Below are positions 11,022 to 21,833 of a DNA stretch of 55,877 nucleotides, one piece after another (the stretch's first letter is position 1; each line of letters begins with the position of its first letter). A model generated the notes under the pieces. It ran no database searches and had not been told where the DNA came from. It saw nothing but the letters and a program-made list of their open reading frames with translations. Position numbers and translations under genes: made by a program. Location of the stretch: positions 1 through 55,877 of the IMG/VR virus record IMGVR_UViG_3300031669_000035, one strand, 5' to 3'. Origin of the DNA: a virus (lineage: Duplodnaviria; Caudoviricetes).

Positions 11022-11764
11022 TATTTATTTGTTGTTTGGTCTTCACTTAATTCATTAACACTTACTAATTTATTTGTTGGTATTGACTTTTGTTGATTAT
11101 TAACATCGTCATTACCATCATTTAATCTTTCGTTAGGCATTAGTAAAGCCCATCTACCAAGATCAAGAACCTGTCTCTTTAGTATTATCATTAACTCTTC
11201 AGGGAAATCAAATGGAGCATCTAAATCTATTTCAGTTACAGGGTCTAATGTAGAGTATATTCCAACCTCCACATTATTAATTTCAACACACTCTATACCT
11301 AATAAGTAAATATAATCTCCAACTCTATAAAAATATGGATTTGAAGGACTTGGTGTTTCATATTTAGAAAAATAAAGTCTTCTTGATTTTCCAGGTGTAG
11401 TTCTACTGAATGTTACATTTGTAAAAGCAGGAGGACATCCTGGAGGTGCACAATCAATACTGTATGAAATATATTCTATACCGCCATCCTTATCGTAATC
11501 GTAGATTGTTTTTGGCAAGAAAAAGAACTTTCTATTCTTTATTTCGTTTGGATTTTTACTGATATTCCTTATCTGAACAGGAATTTCATCAAAAGTGGAA
11601 AGAAAAGCACCTGAATCTCTCTTCCCTATATGTTGTGATTTAAGCCTATTCCCTACAAGGATAACCCAAAAGGCTACCTGAGACTTTTGAACCTTTTTAT
11701 CATCAACTATTTGACCTAAATCAACTAATATATCATCAACTATATGCCTTAAAAGAGTTCCCAT
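11021..11764 (-). CDS. putative tail ring/adaptor protein, 247 aa
   Basis: PYFYRVGDYIYL and FDFPEEL motifs of adaptor/ring type; synteny. Confidence 0.55.
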   Translation of the reverse strand: MGTLLRHIVDDILVDLGQIVDDKKVQKSQVAFWVILVGNRLKSQHIGKRDSGAFLSTFDEIPVQIRNISKNPNEIKNRKFFFLPKTIYDYDKDGGIEYISYSIDCAPPGCPPAFTNVTFSRTTPGKSRRLYFSKYETPSPSNPYFYRVGDYIYLLGIECVEINNVEVGIYSTLDPVTEIDLDAPFDFPEELMIILKRQVLDLGRWALLMPNERLNDGNDDVNNQQKSIPTNKLVSVNELSEDQTTNK

Positions 11765-11765
11765 A

Positions 11766-12521
11766 TTAAACCATTAATTTTACTAATGTTGATACGTCTT
11801 GAGCTGTAACTGAAAATAAATTAGTATTATCACCTTGTTTATAAGAGATAAAATTTAAGGCTTTTTGAAATAATAAATCAAAAATTGTTTCAGGGAACTC
11901 GATATTATCACTAATATTAATAATCTTGTTAGGATTTTTAAGTAGTGTTACCGCAACAAATTCACCAGGAACATTAGGCCTTATCTGTATTTCTTCTCCT
12001 CCAGCATTATAGTTTGACGAACCGTAATTTCCATGACCAAGATACGCATAACTTTCTAATTGATTGCTTAAAATTTCATTTCCTGCAGCAAAAACATTTT
12101 TTCTGTTTTCATTCCACTCTTCAATAGTTAGTCTTTTTGCTGAATAGTAGCTATCAACATAAGATAAATCACCCCTAAAAACAGATGTTTCTGGCGAAGG
12201 TAAAACAGGAGGTGTTGTTGTTGGTGTTACTGTTGGTTTTGGGAAAATACCTAATATTGTCCAAATATCATAACCAAGAGCGGTAGTGTTAAAATGTATT
12301 CTTGAGAAAGAGTTAGCTTGCCAAATTGTAGTTTTGACAAGCTCTCTTAAATCTTCCTCGGATAACTTATTATCTGAAAATGCTGCATTAAAAACCGCTA
12401 CAAGCCAATCTATTGATGAATTTATAGCAGGTTTAAAATCCTGGTCAAACAAATACCTTTCAGACCCTTCAGCGTCAAGAACGCTTTTCATTCTGTCTAC
12501 TACTGTTTGAGCATTTATCAT
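11766..12521 (-). CDS. putative head-tail adaptor/ring protein, 251 aa
   Basis: IQIRP...LKNP...IEFPE pattern; synteny. Confidence 0.55.
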   Translation of the reverse strand: MINAQTVVDRMKSVLDAEGSERYLFDQDFKPAINSSIDWLVAVFNAAFSDNKLSEEDLRELVKTTIWQANSFSRIHFNTTALGYDIWTILGIFPKPTVTPTTTPPVLPSPETSVFRGDLSYVDSYYSAKRLTIEEWNENRKNVFAAGNEILSNQLESYAYLGHGNYGSSNYNAGGEEIQIRPNVPGEFVAVTLLKNPNKIINISDNIEFPETIFDLLFQKALNFISYKQGDNTNLFSVTAQDVSTLVKLMV

Positions 12522-12527
12522 TTCATT

Positions 12528-13280
12528 TTATTTTTTTTGGGTTAATAAATCTTGTTCTATTATAGATTCTTTAAGTCTTATTTGATTTGCTTGATCTTCC
12601 TTAGCCATTTCTTCATCAACCTGCTTGTTTGCTATTGATAATCTAAGCATATTAATATCCTGAGAAGGCTCTATATTATTTTGCTTAGCAATTTGAATTA
12701 TCCTATGAACATCAGAGCTATTCAAAACAGACATTACTCTTGCTAATTTTGCAGCTTTTCTTGAGTCTGCATTTAATGCATCCATGTGACTAACAAAGAA
12801 TATAGAACCAAAAGCTCTATGCTTTTTCAACCATTCAACTTCTTTCTTACTATAACTTGTGTATGATGACAAGTTGTGAAGTTTTGTTTCATTTCCAGTT
12901 CCTGTTTTTCTTGTTGCTTGGTACACAAATCTAATGACGTTTTTAAATGGCGTTTGTACTGCCATCCCTTGTCTTGTATCGTCAACAATAACATAACCAA
13001 CTTGATGACAAAAGAATGAATAACCTTCTTCAAGGTAATCTTCAGGGTCTATATCTTCAATTTTAGTGTAAGTGCCTTCTCCACCATACTTCTCTGAATC
13101 TGGCTTCTCTTTTAGTCCAGCTACAAGCTCTTTCATTAACGAAAGTGCATCTGTACTACCACTTGCAGGCGATTGTTTCTCTTTTTTTAATTCCTCAAGT
13201 TCTTTTTTCATTTGCAAAACTAATTCTGCAGTCTGATCCTTACCTGAGTTTTCGTTCACTTCTTCTATTTCAATACTCAT
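12528..13280 (-). CDS. hypothetical virion-module protein, 250 aa
   Basis: Directly downstream of the capsid gene. Confidence 0.5.
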   Translation of the reverse strand: MSIEIEEVNENSGKDQTAELVLQMKKELEELKKEKQSPASGSTDALSLMKELVAGLKEKPDSEKYGGEGTYTKIEDIDPEDYLEEGYSFFCHQVGYVIVDDTRQGMAVQTPFKNVIRFVYQATRKTGTGNETKLHNLSSYTSYSKKEVEWLKKHRAFGSIFFVSHMDALNADSRKAAKLARVMSVLNSSDVHRIIQIAKQNNIEPSQDINMLRLSIANKQVDEEMAKEDQANQIRLKESIIEQDLLTQKK

Positions 13281-13301
13281 CTTATTTTATTTTTATGTGT
13301 T

Positions 13302-13336
13302 AAAAAAAGGGGCTGAACCTTTACTTGCTCAGCCCC
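13302..13336 (-). terminator. intrinsic terminator after the capsid gene
   Basis: GGGGCTGA...TCAGCCCC followed by T7 on the minus strand. Confidence 0.8.
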
Positions 13337-13354
13337 ATTATTATTTATTTAATT

Positions 13355-14632
13355 CTATTGGATGTCCATCCAGAATGATCCAGGAGGATTGTTGAACTCT
13401 AAGCTCAAGTTTCCACTTACCCACCAGTCTGTGTAGTTTTCTCTTGATCCTTTACTGCCTCTGTTTAGAGTAGAACCCATTTCAACTGCAGGTATTCCTT
13501 TCATTTTAACAGGAGAGATAGATTCTTGGTCTAACACCAACACTTTTCTTCTCCATTCGTCAGGAAAACAAGAAGGCTCTCTAAATAATTCACAAGGAAC
13601 CAATACAAAGTTCATTCCTCCAAACTCAATTCTTGATAAATTCAAGTTTGCAACTTCATCAGAAGGACTATATCTTAAGCCTGGTTGCTTGTAAATTTTA
13701 GAAAACTCATTAAGGATCTCTGCTGTTCCGTAAATGAAACGAGTAGCACCCTCAACTTTAAAGTTTGTTTGGAAAGCTAAAGCTTCAAAAGCAGCTTGTA
13801 ATCCAGCTACCGTAGGGTTTGCACTTGCAGAACCTGCAGCAACCATTGTAGGATATATACCACCCATTGCTTTTGCAACTCTATTTCCAGATAACGGGAA
13901 CTCACCTCTTTGACCATTGAAGTATGAGTTAAAGAAATCAACTCTTAATTGATTTAACTTTAACTTTTTATCTTTCGCAAGATAATCAGTAGTTCCAGCA
14001 TTGATGTATTTCTGCATCTCAACTCTATCCCATCTCTGAGCTCTTAAGAAGAACTGGATATAGTTGTATCTTGTGATTGTTTCCATTCTTCCGTAGTTAG
14101 CGAAATAATCCATACCATCAGACTCGATAGTAGATTGGAAAGCAAAAACATCACCAACCGCAACAGCAGGTAAGCCATCACTTGTTTGAGATGTTACAAT
14201 AATTTGATTACCAGCACCAACTTGTGTAATAACACCTTTACTATTATCTGGATAGATAACAATTAAGTCCTCAGTAACGTGAGCCATTGAAGCTGCTGTT
14301 AATGGGATAGTTTGTGTCTGAGAAGCCCCAGCTACAGCAGCTTGAGCTGCAACAATAGCAGTAGCCTCAATAGGGCTTCTACCAAAAGTAGTTTCAAGGT
14401 ATTCAAACTCGTCAAGAGTTTTCTCTAAATAAGGCTTCATGTTAAGAAGCTTTAGAGCATTATATTGAGCAGGAGCCGCATCAAAGATTTCTCTTCGTAC
14501 TGCTTTCTGAATTAAAATTGATTCCGCAGGCGAAAATGCTGATTCAACAGCATACTGCGACCCTTCAGGGTTTGTTTGTAAGTTCCCGAAAGGAGCATTA
14601 CCAACGCCAGGTGTATAAGTAGTTTCACTCAT
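13355..14632 (-). CDS. major capsid protein, 425 aa
   Basis: Follows portal and scaffold; YFNGQRG...AMGGI and NLSLEFNNP motifs; strongly biased codons; followed by a terminator. Confidence 0.8.
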   Translation of the reverse strand: MSETTYTPGVGNAPFGNLQTNPEGSQYAVESAFSPAESILIQKAVRREIFDAAPAQYNALKLLNMKPYLEKTLDEFEYLETTFGRSPIEATAIVAAQAAVAGASQTQTIPLTAASMAHVTEDLIVIYPDNSKGVITQVGAGNQIIVTSQTSDGLPAVAVGDVFAFQSTIESDGMDYFANYGRMETITRYNYIQFFLRAQRWDRVEMQKYINAGTTDYLAKDKKLKLNQLRVDFFNSYFNGQRGEFPLSGNRVAKAMGGIYPTMVAAGSASANPTVAGLQAAFEALAFQTNFKVEGATRFIYGTAEILNEFSKIYKQPGLRYSPSDEVANLNLSRIEFGGMNFVLVPCELFREPSCFPDEWRRKVLVLDQESISPVKMKGIPAVEMGSTLNRGSKGSRENYTDWWVSGNLSLEFNNPPGSFWMDIQ

Positions 14633-14668
14633 GATATTTTTTTTATTTTAAATTTAACTTTTTTTTAA

Positions 14669-15919
14669 TTAATAAACTTTACTTTGTCCTAAATCTTTAG
14701 TTAAATCATCTATTACTCTTAATACTTCTGGTCTTGCTTCTTCTCTTGTTGAACTCGATTTTTTGTTTTGCTTAGGCTTATTAGGAGTTCTTTCTAATAT
14801 AGCTTGCCTTTCATTCGTTTCGGCTTTATGCTGAATTATATTCTTGTATTGCTTCATGATGTCGTGACCATGTTCTGCGTAACTAAGTTTTAACGCTGCA
14901 TCTTCCTTGAATGTGCCATCTTCATTAAATAGCATTTCATTGATTTTTTGTATGTTTAGATTAGCCTTAGCTTGTGCTATATAGCCATCATCAATACCTT
15001 CAATGTTTTTCTTTAAATACTCTATAGACTTTTCTACAGAACTATTAATCTTTTGAGATCTTTCATTTGCCAACTCAACTTGGTTAGTTCTAAATGAATC
15101 CAAGTCTTTTTTATCAGCTTCAAATTTAGATTTAGCAGTACTTATCGCTAAATTAATCGCTTTCTTAATCCCTGGGTCTGCATCTTCAGAACCATAGTCC
15201 TCCCATTCTTCTTGAGAAAACTGACCTGGCAAATAATTATCTACAAGGCTCTTTTCATCAATAGTGTCAATATTTTTTGAAAAATCTAAATTAGGTTTAC
15301 TAATTATTGGTGTTTTCCAATCTTGACCTTTTAAGAATAAGTCTATACTTTGGTATAACTCAGAAGGAATTGATTCGAAAACTTTCTTGTAGTTTTCATT
15401 TTCCTTAGACACTTCCTGTATCTGAGTTTCTACCTCTTTAAATTTCAAAGAACTTTCAATCAGTTCGTTTAAGTTGTTATATCCTGTTTTTTCACTTATA
15501 ACCTTACTTAAAGCTTCTGTATCTTTTAAATCCGCAGTAAAGTCTTCACTTTCCGCATCTTTCTTTTTGTTTACCCCTTGCTTTCCTCCGTAAATAGGGC
15601 TTTCAATAAATAAGTCATCTTCATTCGGTTCTTCTTTATTCGATTCGTCTAAAGGCTGTTCCTCTATATTATCTTCTTTATTTTCCTTACTGTTGAGCGT
15701 TTCTGCTGCTATTTGCTCAATATTTTCTGGGTCTTTTATTGTTTCTTCTTTGATTGGTTCAACAACTTCATTTTTATTTGTTTCATCTCCCAATTCAGAT
15801 AGACCTCTCTCTAATTCTTGTGCACCTGATAATCCTGATAATGCTTCTAATGCTGACTGAGCAGCTTCAGACATACCTGATTCTAAATGCTCTTCTGGTG
15901 CGTTGTTTTCTTCTGTCAT
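14669..15919 (-). CDS. putative capsid scaffolding protein, 416 aa
   Basis: Very acidic, coiled-coil; between portal and capsid. Confidence 0.6.
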   Translation of the reverse strand: MTEENNAPEEHLESGMSEAAQSALEALSGLSGAQELERGLSELGDETNKNEVVEPIKEETIKDPENIEQIAAETLNSKENKEDNIEEQPLDESNKEEPNEDDLFIESPIYGGKQGVNKKKDAESEDFTADLKDTEALSKVISEKTGYNNLNELIESSLKFKEVETQIQEVSKENENYKKVFESIPSELYQSIDLFLKGQDWKTPIISKPNLDFSKNIDTIDEKSLVDNYLPGQFSQEEWEDYGSEDADPGIKKAINLAISTAKSKFEADKKDLDSFRTNQVELANERSQKINSSVEKSIEYLKKNIEGIDDGYIAQAKANLNIQKINEMLFNEDGTFKEDAALKLSYAEHGHDIMKQYKNIIQHKAETNERQAILERTPNKPKQNKKSSSTREEARPEVLRVIDDLTKDLGQSKVY

Positions 15920-15935
15920 AATAAAACTCTTTTGG

Positions 15936-15943
15936 CAAATATA
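15936..15943 (-). promoter_or_regulatory. Bacteroidota sigma70 -7 box (TATATTTG)
   Basis: Just upstream of the scaffold/capsid genes. Confidence 0.6.
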
Positions 15944-15971
15944 AATAAAAATTTAATAATATTCATAATTA

Positions 15972-18218
15972 TTAATTAAAATTCTTATTTGCAGTGGATA
16001 ATGATTCTTTTAATGCTATTTGTTCCATCTTGTTTGAGTGGTCCTCCATTTTATCTATGGTTCTCTCATTTTTTTGATCCTGTAATATTTTCTCGTTCTT
16101 TGCCTCTTGCTGAGCTAAAAGTTGTTGTTCCTGTTCAGCTCTTACTTTATTTTCTTTAGCCTCCTGTCTTTTTAGCTCAAGTTTCTTGCCTGCGTACTCT
16201 CTTAATGCCATAGCTACATCAGAAGGAGTTGACCTTGTATATAGGTCTGAATAAATTGTATCATCTATCATTCCTGTCTGAAGGAACACGTTAAGCATTT
16301 GATCTCCTTGTGCAAATAACATGTCTTGAGCATTCTCTCTTGTAACGAAAACTCTAAAGTCTTCACCTTTCATATCTTTTGATAGCTCAAGAACTTCAAC
16401 ACCGTCATCACCCACAGCTATAGCTAACTCTCTCTCATTATCTATATACATTCTTTTTCCTACGGTAGCTGTATGCTGGTGTACTTGCAAGAAAGTTTGA
16501 GATAATGCGTTATAGAATGGCTCTTGCATTAAAGAACCTCTTTGTATAAGCATTTGCGTAACACCTACAAGTTGGTCTGAACCTGTACTCTCACCTTTTA
16601 ACCCTTCATTTACTCCAGTATCTTTTTGGATGATACCTTCCATAATTGGGATGATATTGAACAAAGCGTAAGTGCCTTGTTTAGGTGTGGCATCATATAC
16701 TCCAAGTGAGTTAGGCACACCCCTACCTTTTGTTCTTATTGTTATAGGTTTTCCTTGGTCAACATCTCTATACAGAGCATCTTCCCCTCCTTGTGCATCG
16801 ATAGAGTCTTTATCTACAACAACATTTGTCCCTCCTGAATTGTTTATTTGTGATTCCGCAACAGATAGTATTCTGTTTATAAATCTCTGAGGATTTATAG
16901 CGTCATCTACAGGGCTCATTATTTCTCCATCAACATAACCCCAAGTATAACACTTGAAAGGATATTTTACATTTGACAAGTCATCCCAATCTGTTTCCTG
17001 GTAAGGATGTAATCCAAAATCAAGAACAATATCAGATACAACTTCTCCTGATTTAGCTTTTTCTTTTGATACTCCTATAGCTTCATAGGGTATGAATTTA
17101 CAAAATCTAAGAACATCGATATACATTGATCTTTTCTTTGAACCATTAAACAACTTATCATTTTTAGGTGTTTTAGGTGGTTCGATTAGGTCTTCTTCGG
17201 TATATGGTTCTCCTGTCAATGGGTTTTCTGTTTCGCCTAAATAAATAAGGTATGGATATCCATATTCATCCATAACATATCCTGCTGTTTTTTTCTCTTC
17301 ATCCCTCCAGTAGGCATGACAAACAGGAATTTTAGTAGTTCCAATATTTTGATTAGAATTTTCATCGCTAAAAACTGCATTGTTTTGTGATTGTTGATTA
17401 TCAGAGACATATTTTTCTATTGCTTTTCTTTCTTCATCCTCTATATTTTGATATGTTTCATATATATCTGTAGGAAGCATTCCTACGAATTTACCCATAT
17501 AGTCAGCATCTGTAAGATCATATCTTTTTGCAGATCTGTCAAAAAAGAAGTCCTCAGATTGAAGAACCTCATATCTTTGATGTCCAGAATGTTCAAATGC
17601 CTCTACCACACAAAGACCAGAAAGACCTAAATTCTGAGATGCCATCACTTGCATTTCCTCAAGATTATTTAGGTTCTTTACATACTGTATAAGTCTATTT
17701 ATAGTCTTTACGTATGAATCTACGTATAAGTTTTCATGGATTTGTCTTGTTTCACCTTCTGTTTCACCTATAGATTTGTCAGAATCTCTAAGTATTCTTC
17801 CTAATGCAGGAAATTCATTAGCAATCCTTGTTTTTAGTAATTTCTTACCAAGAGACTCCTCTCTTCTGTTTATGGCTTTCTTAGAAACACTTTTAGCACT
17901 TGCGTTTATAGTCAGCCTTATAGCATTACCTCTGTACTGCTCAATCATTGGGCGTATTAGGTTGTGTACTACTTTAATTCTATTCCTTGCTTGGCTTGTG
18001 CTATCTTTTAAGAACGCTTCTAAATCTTCATCTTTAATCCACTGATTTCCCTTATAGAAATTCTTGTTTATTTTTGTTTTTGCAATGAAATCAGCATGTG
18101 AGGATGTTGATGAGTCTGCAGCTACAAATTTTGCGTATTGAAGGTGGTAAGACTTGTCTTTATCTTTAGTTTCAAGTCTATTTGGTTTTGTTGTCGCTTC
18201 TGTAAGAAAGTAAAACAT
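15972..18218 (-). CDS. portal protein, 748 aa
   Basis: FYKGNQW, NLIRPMIEQYRG, PQRFINR, TGVNEGLKG motifs; C-terminal coiled coil. Confidence 0.85.
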   Translation of the reverse strand: MFYFLTEATTKPNRLETKDKDKSYHLQYAKFVAADSSTSSHADFIAKTKINKNFYKGNQWIKDEDLEAFLKDSTSQARNRIKVVHNLIRPMIEQYRGNAIRLTINASAKSVSKKAINRREESLGKKLLKTRIANEFPALGRILRDSDKSIGETEGETRQIHENLYVDSYVKTINRLIQYVKNLNNLEEMQVMASQNLGLSGLCVVEAFEHSGHQRYEVLQSEDFFFDRSAKRYDLTDADYMGKFVGMLPTDIYETYQNIEDEERKAIEKYVSDNQQSQNNAVFSDENSNQNIGTTKIPVCHAYWRDEEKKTAGYVMDEYGYPYLIYLGETENPLTGEPYTEEDLIEPPKTPKNDKLFNGSKKRSMYIDVLRFCKFIPYEAIGVSKEKAKSGEVVSDIVLDFGLHPYQETDWDDLSNVKYPFKCYTWGYVDGEIMSPVDDAINPQRFINRILSVAESQINNSGGTNVVVDKDSIDAQGGEDALYRDVDQGKPITIRTKGRGVPNSLGVYDATPKQGTYALFNIIPIMEGIIQKDTGVNEGLKGESTGSDQLVGVTQMLIQRGSLMQEPFYNALSQTFLQVHQHTATVGKRMYIDNERELAIAVGDDGVEVLELSKDMKGEDFRVFVTRENAQDMLFAQGDQMLNVFLQTGMIDDTIYSDLYTRSTPSDVAMALREYAGKKLELKRQEAKENKVRAEQEQQLLAQQEAKNEKILQDQKNERTIDKMEDHSNKMEQIALKESLSTANKNFN

Positions 18219-18223
18219 AATTA

Positions 18224-18820
18224 TTACTGTTGTTTGTGAAATGATTCAATTAACTCTGATGAGCTAATTTCTAATATGTCTGCATCTTCTTTTTCAGATA
18301 TTCCAAATCCTCCTTCAGATTGTGATATTAGAGCTGGTAATGTTTTTGATATTGTTGAACATGAATCTATATATGCTTTCTTCTTTGTCCAGTCTGTTTC
18401 TCCGTCTTTATTCAAAAAATCCATACTTAAATTAACATCTACAAGCTTCTCGTAATTTGACATGATTTTTTCAATCATCATTTTAGATCTTATTCTTGGT
18501 CCAATTTCAAAAGTTCTCATTTCAGCTATAGCTGTTTTTACTTTTTCAGAAAAATTTCCTGCTATGTATGTATTTCTTACAGTGTCAGCTTTTTTTCCGA
18601 AAGATTGCTCAAGAGACAGTTCTATTTTCTGCTTATCATCTTCTTCGTATTTAAACGGACTTGCTTTACAAGCATAATACCATACAAACAAGGCTTCTGA
18701 CCTTGATAGGTTTCTAAAAGCATCTCTCTTTGCCAATTCTGGATAATCTAATAAAATACCTTTCTTTGTTTCCGGATAAAACATTGAAAGTCTTTTTACA
18801 TATTCTACATTATCACTCAT
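18224..18820 (-). CDS. hypothetical protein between terminase and portal (possible small terminase), 198 aa
   Basis: Position only. Confidence 0.4.
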   Translation of the reverse strand: MSDNVEYVKRLSMFYPETKKGILLDYPELAKRDAFRNLSRSEALFVWYYACKASPFKYEEDDKQKIELSLEQSFGKKADTVRNTYIAGNFSEKVKTAIAEMRTFEIGPRIRSKMMIEKIMSNYEKLVDVNLSMDFLNKDGETDWTKKKAYIDSCSTISKTLPALISQSEGGFGISEKEDADILEISSSELIESFHKQQ

Positions 18821-21147
18821 TAATATCTTTTTTGTTTTATTGGTCTTCTGTTAAGATTTCCGCCTGAATCCCTATATAATTCGTACTTTATAACATACTT
18901 ATCATCCTCTGATTTTATCTCATAAGGAGTTAAGTGTTCATAGGATAAGCTACAAATGTAAGAAAAAACAACTGAAAATAAAACGTCATCATGAAATTTC
19001 CTTTTATCTGCTGTCCCCCAAGTTTCGTTACCTTTTTCTGATACTGTACATATAAAAGTTCTAAGCTGAAGAAAGAATGTGTCTATCCATATATTATCTC
19101 CGTATGCTTGGATAAATTCAAACATCTTATTTATTATAAATCTTGTTCTCGCACCTCTATTGTCTATTCCTTCTGTATTAGACCCTCCTTGCATGTATGG
19201 TGGTAATTCAGTTCTATAAACAAGACTGTCGTAAAACCCCTTTGTATCTACATAATCAATATAAGCCATACCTATATTTGATTCTACTAATTCTTTAACT
19301 CTTTCTTTTTTACCTTCTGAAGCTCCATAGTAAAGTCCAAGAAGCATTGTTTGAAGGAATGTGTACTTATGATTACTATCTCTATAATTCACTATTGCAG
19401 ACACTGTTTTAAAGTGTGCGTCAAAAATTGATGCTGACATATTAGAATAACCATTATCTGATGCAATAGGATCGACTCCGCTATAATATCTATTTACCCA
19501 ATTTCTTTTTGGATGCATAAATATAGTACATGAAGCTCTTGGGTCATCATCAGCAGTGGGTACAAATGTAGCTCCAACTATTTTAAATGGTACATCATCA
19601 TTTTCACCTGCCTGAACCGAAGTGTCAAACACTGGTTCAAAATAACCTTTCTGTGGTTTTGTTACAGCAGGTACATCTCTTATTCTTTCGAGAGACCTGT
19701 TTATATAGTCTATAGAAACAAGAGTTTTTGCTGATGTCAAGAACATGTCCTCTATTATTGAAGGGTATGTCTGTCTAAATTGAACCATTTTCTCCTCTCT
19801 GTCTGGGCCTTCAACATTATATACAGCCTTTTCTTTGTCGTAGAACTCTTTAGTTATACCTGGTCTTGTTGTCCAGTCGAAAAATATAGGTATTATTGCA
19901 CTTTCAAATTCTCTATCGGCCCATTTTTTCATGGCAGCCATAAATTCAAGCTCGTAAGCCTTACCTGCCTTATCCATCTCTCCACCTGTTCCCCATGCTA
20001 TAATTTGACGTTTAATTTCTATCTTTTTTGTGTCAGGATTCTGCCAGAACATAGTAGGTCTTGCTTCACGCATCATTTTACCTAATATTCCAATATAACC
20101 AGCCTCATCTATCATTACAAGTTGTGGTGAACCACCATTAATAGCTGACACAGATGGTGCTACTACCTGAAGCTTTGAGTTTAACCCTCTTTTATCACCT
20201 TTTTTACCTTTCTCGCTTAGTCTAAACAGATTATCTCTGTCGTTACTTACTGATGGTTTTAACCATTCCGGAAGCTCACTAAAAGGGTATTTAATTTTAT
20301 CTTCAAAAATCTCTATACCGGTATCTTTATCTTGTGTTATAAATTTCAGGAAGAAATTAGGGTATAATAGAATCTTTTTTAAAGCACATCCACCGAGAGT
20401 AGACGTTGCTGCTATCTGTCTTGGTTTACCAATCATCATTGAGTAACCACAGTCAAAAAGATAACATATAACTTCATGTACAGGTTTTGCATCATAAGTT
20501 CTTGCTCCTGATGACATATCACCCTCTTTAAGTACGAGGTATTTATTTAAGAAATACAATGTATTTTCTTTACTCCTCTTCATTTCTCTCAAGCAGAAAG
20601 TCTTTTTTTCGTCTATTGTTGCAAAATCATTTACAGATTTGTTTTCAGAATACCACTGTTCAGCTTGCTGAACGTAAAGCATAAACTTTTTATAGTTTGT
20701 TTTTTTCTGGAACCCAGTATTTATACTGTCAATCCAATCAATAAAATCTCTTTCGTGGTAAACTGTAGATGTTGGCATCCAGTCTTCTTTCTCGATATCT
20801 ATACTTCCGTCAAACCTATAAGATGTTCCTTCTGTTATCTTTTTAAAACCTTCTGCAGATTTTATTACTACATGCTTATCTTTATCTGATTTTAATTCTG
20901 ATTCATCGACAATTTTTATATGCTTGTCTGCATTTATAGCGTTGTCACTCTTTATTCTTGGGTCAGATATGATAGATACCTTTTCTTTTTGTATCTGTTT
21001 TATTTTTGGCTGACTTATGTAGCCATTTTTTTTCAGTAAGTCAATATCTTCTTTAGATATTTCGACTCCTGTTTGATATAGTTCGAATAAAAATTCTAAT
21101 CTATTCTCTCTTACTATTTCATTTTTTATCTTCTGATTATTACTCAT
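18820..21147 (-). CDS. terL: terminase large subunit, 775 aa
   Basis: KPRQIAATS Walker A, VMIDEAG Walker B, RNase H-fold nuclease motifs GVDP and HDD. Confidence 0.9.
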   Translation of the reverse strand: MSNNQKIKNEIVRENRLEFLFELYQTGVEISKEDIDLLKKNGYISQPKIKQIQKEKVSIISDPRIKSDNAINADKHIKIVDESELKSDKDKHVVIKSAEGFKKITEGTSYRFDGSIDIEKEDWMPTSTVYHERDFIDWIDSINTGFQKKTNYKKFMLYVQQAEQWYSENKSVNDFATIDEKKTFCLREMKRSKENTLYFLNKYLVLKEGDMSSGARTYDAKPVHEVICYLFDCGYSMMIGKPRQIAATSTLGGCALKKILLYPNFFLKFITQDKDTGIEIFEDKIKYPFSELPEWLKPSVSNDRDNLFRLSEKGKKGDKRGLNSKLQVVAPSVSAINGGSPQLVMIDEAGYIGILGKMMREARPTMFWQNPDTKKIEIKRQIIAWGTGGEMDKAGKAYELEFMAAMKKWADREFESAIIPIFFDWTTRPGITKEFYDKEKAVYNVEGPDREEKMVQFRQTYPSIIEDMFLTSAKTLVSIDYINRSLERIRDVPAVTKPQKGYFEPVFDTSVQAGENDDVPFKIVGATFVPTADDDPRASCTIFMHPKRNWVNRYYSGVDPIASDNGYSNMSASIFDAHFKTVSAIVNYRDSNHKYTFLQTMLLGLYYGASEGKKERVKELVESNIGMAYIDYVDTKGFYDSLVYRTELPPYMQGGSNTEGIDNRGARTRFIINKMFEFIQAYGDNIWIDTFFLQLRTFICTVSEKGNETWGTADKRKFHDDVLFSVVFSYICSLSYEHLTPYEIKSEDDKYVIKYELYRDSGGNLNRRPIKQKRY

Positions 21148-21159
21148 TTGTTTATTTTT

Positions 21160-21192
21160 AAAAGGCCCTATGCTTTCACCTATAGGGCCTTT
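21160..21192 (-). terminator. hairpin/terminator upstream of terL
   Basis: AAAGGCCCTAT...ATAGGGCCTTT. Confidence 0.55.
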
Positions 21193-21216
21193 ATAGTTTT
21201 TAATGGCAACAAAAAA

Positions 21217-21798
21217 CTATTTTTCTTCTTCTTTAGTAGCTTCTACTTTAGCTTCTACTTCAGCTTCTACTTTAGCAGCTTCTTCTACTTCAGCTTCTGC
21301 TTTAGTTTCTACTTTAGTAGTCGTTTCAGTAAGCATGCTTATAGCTTTGTTTAAAGATTCTATAGCTACTGTGTGAGCTGTAAAGTAAGATTTTTTAAGC
21401 TCTATAAAAGATAATGATTTTGTAACTATTCTTTGGTACTCACGTTTATTTTCTTCATTATTGAATTTAGACAATAATGCATAGACGCTATTTAATGAGC
21501 CAACCATTCTTGATATTGATGTATCATAGTTTTCGTTTTCTTTTATAGAAAGATCTCCTCTATAGAATGTGTTTCCGTCCTTTTCGTTATATTTAACATA
21601 CTGAACCTTGTATTCTATCTCTTTATAAAGAGAGATAAGCATTTTAGACAGTCCATTAATAGATTTTTCTAATTCATCATTAAATCCTTCTGGTAAATCT
21701 TCTTTATTTAATGTTGAGGCTTTTTTTGAAAGCAAGTTTACTCTTGCAACTTCTTTTCTTGCATCTTCTATAGATGCTGCTAACTGTTCTAATTTCAT
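21217..21798 (-). CDS. hypothetical protein with C-terminal AEVE/AKVE repeats, 193 aa
   Basis: ORF with 12-bp degenerate tandem repeats at the 3' end. Confidence 0.65.
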   Translation of the reverse strand: MKLEQLAASIEDARKEVARVNLLSKKASTLNKEDLPEGFNDELEKSINGLSKMLISLYKEIEYKVQYVKYNEKDGNTFYRGDLSIKENENYDTSISRMVGSLNSVYALLSKFNNEENKREYQRIVTKSLSFIELKKSYFTAHTVAIESLNKAISMLTETTTKVETKAEAEVEEAAKVEAEVEAKVEATKEEEK

Positions 21799-21833
21799 TT
21801 TTTTTTATTTTAAGTTATTTTTTTACTTTTTAA

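Noticed and set aside
13349-13357. Amber readthrough extension of the major capsid protein
   Set aside because: TAG is followed by AAT TAA, so readthrough adds almost nothing.
21235-21320. 12-bp tandem repeats
   Set aside because: In-frame low-complexity AEVE/AKVE protein tail.
274-21354. Plus-strand ORFs in the track across the structural module
   Set aside because: Antisense shadows of long minus-strand genes, rich in Ser/Phe/Leu, with no start context.
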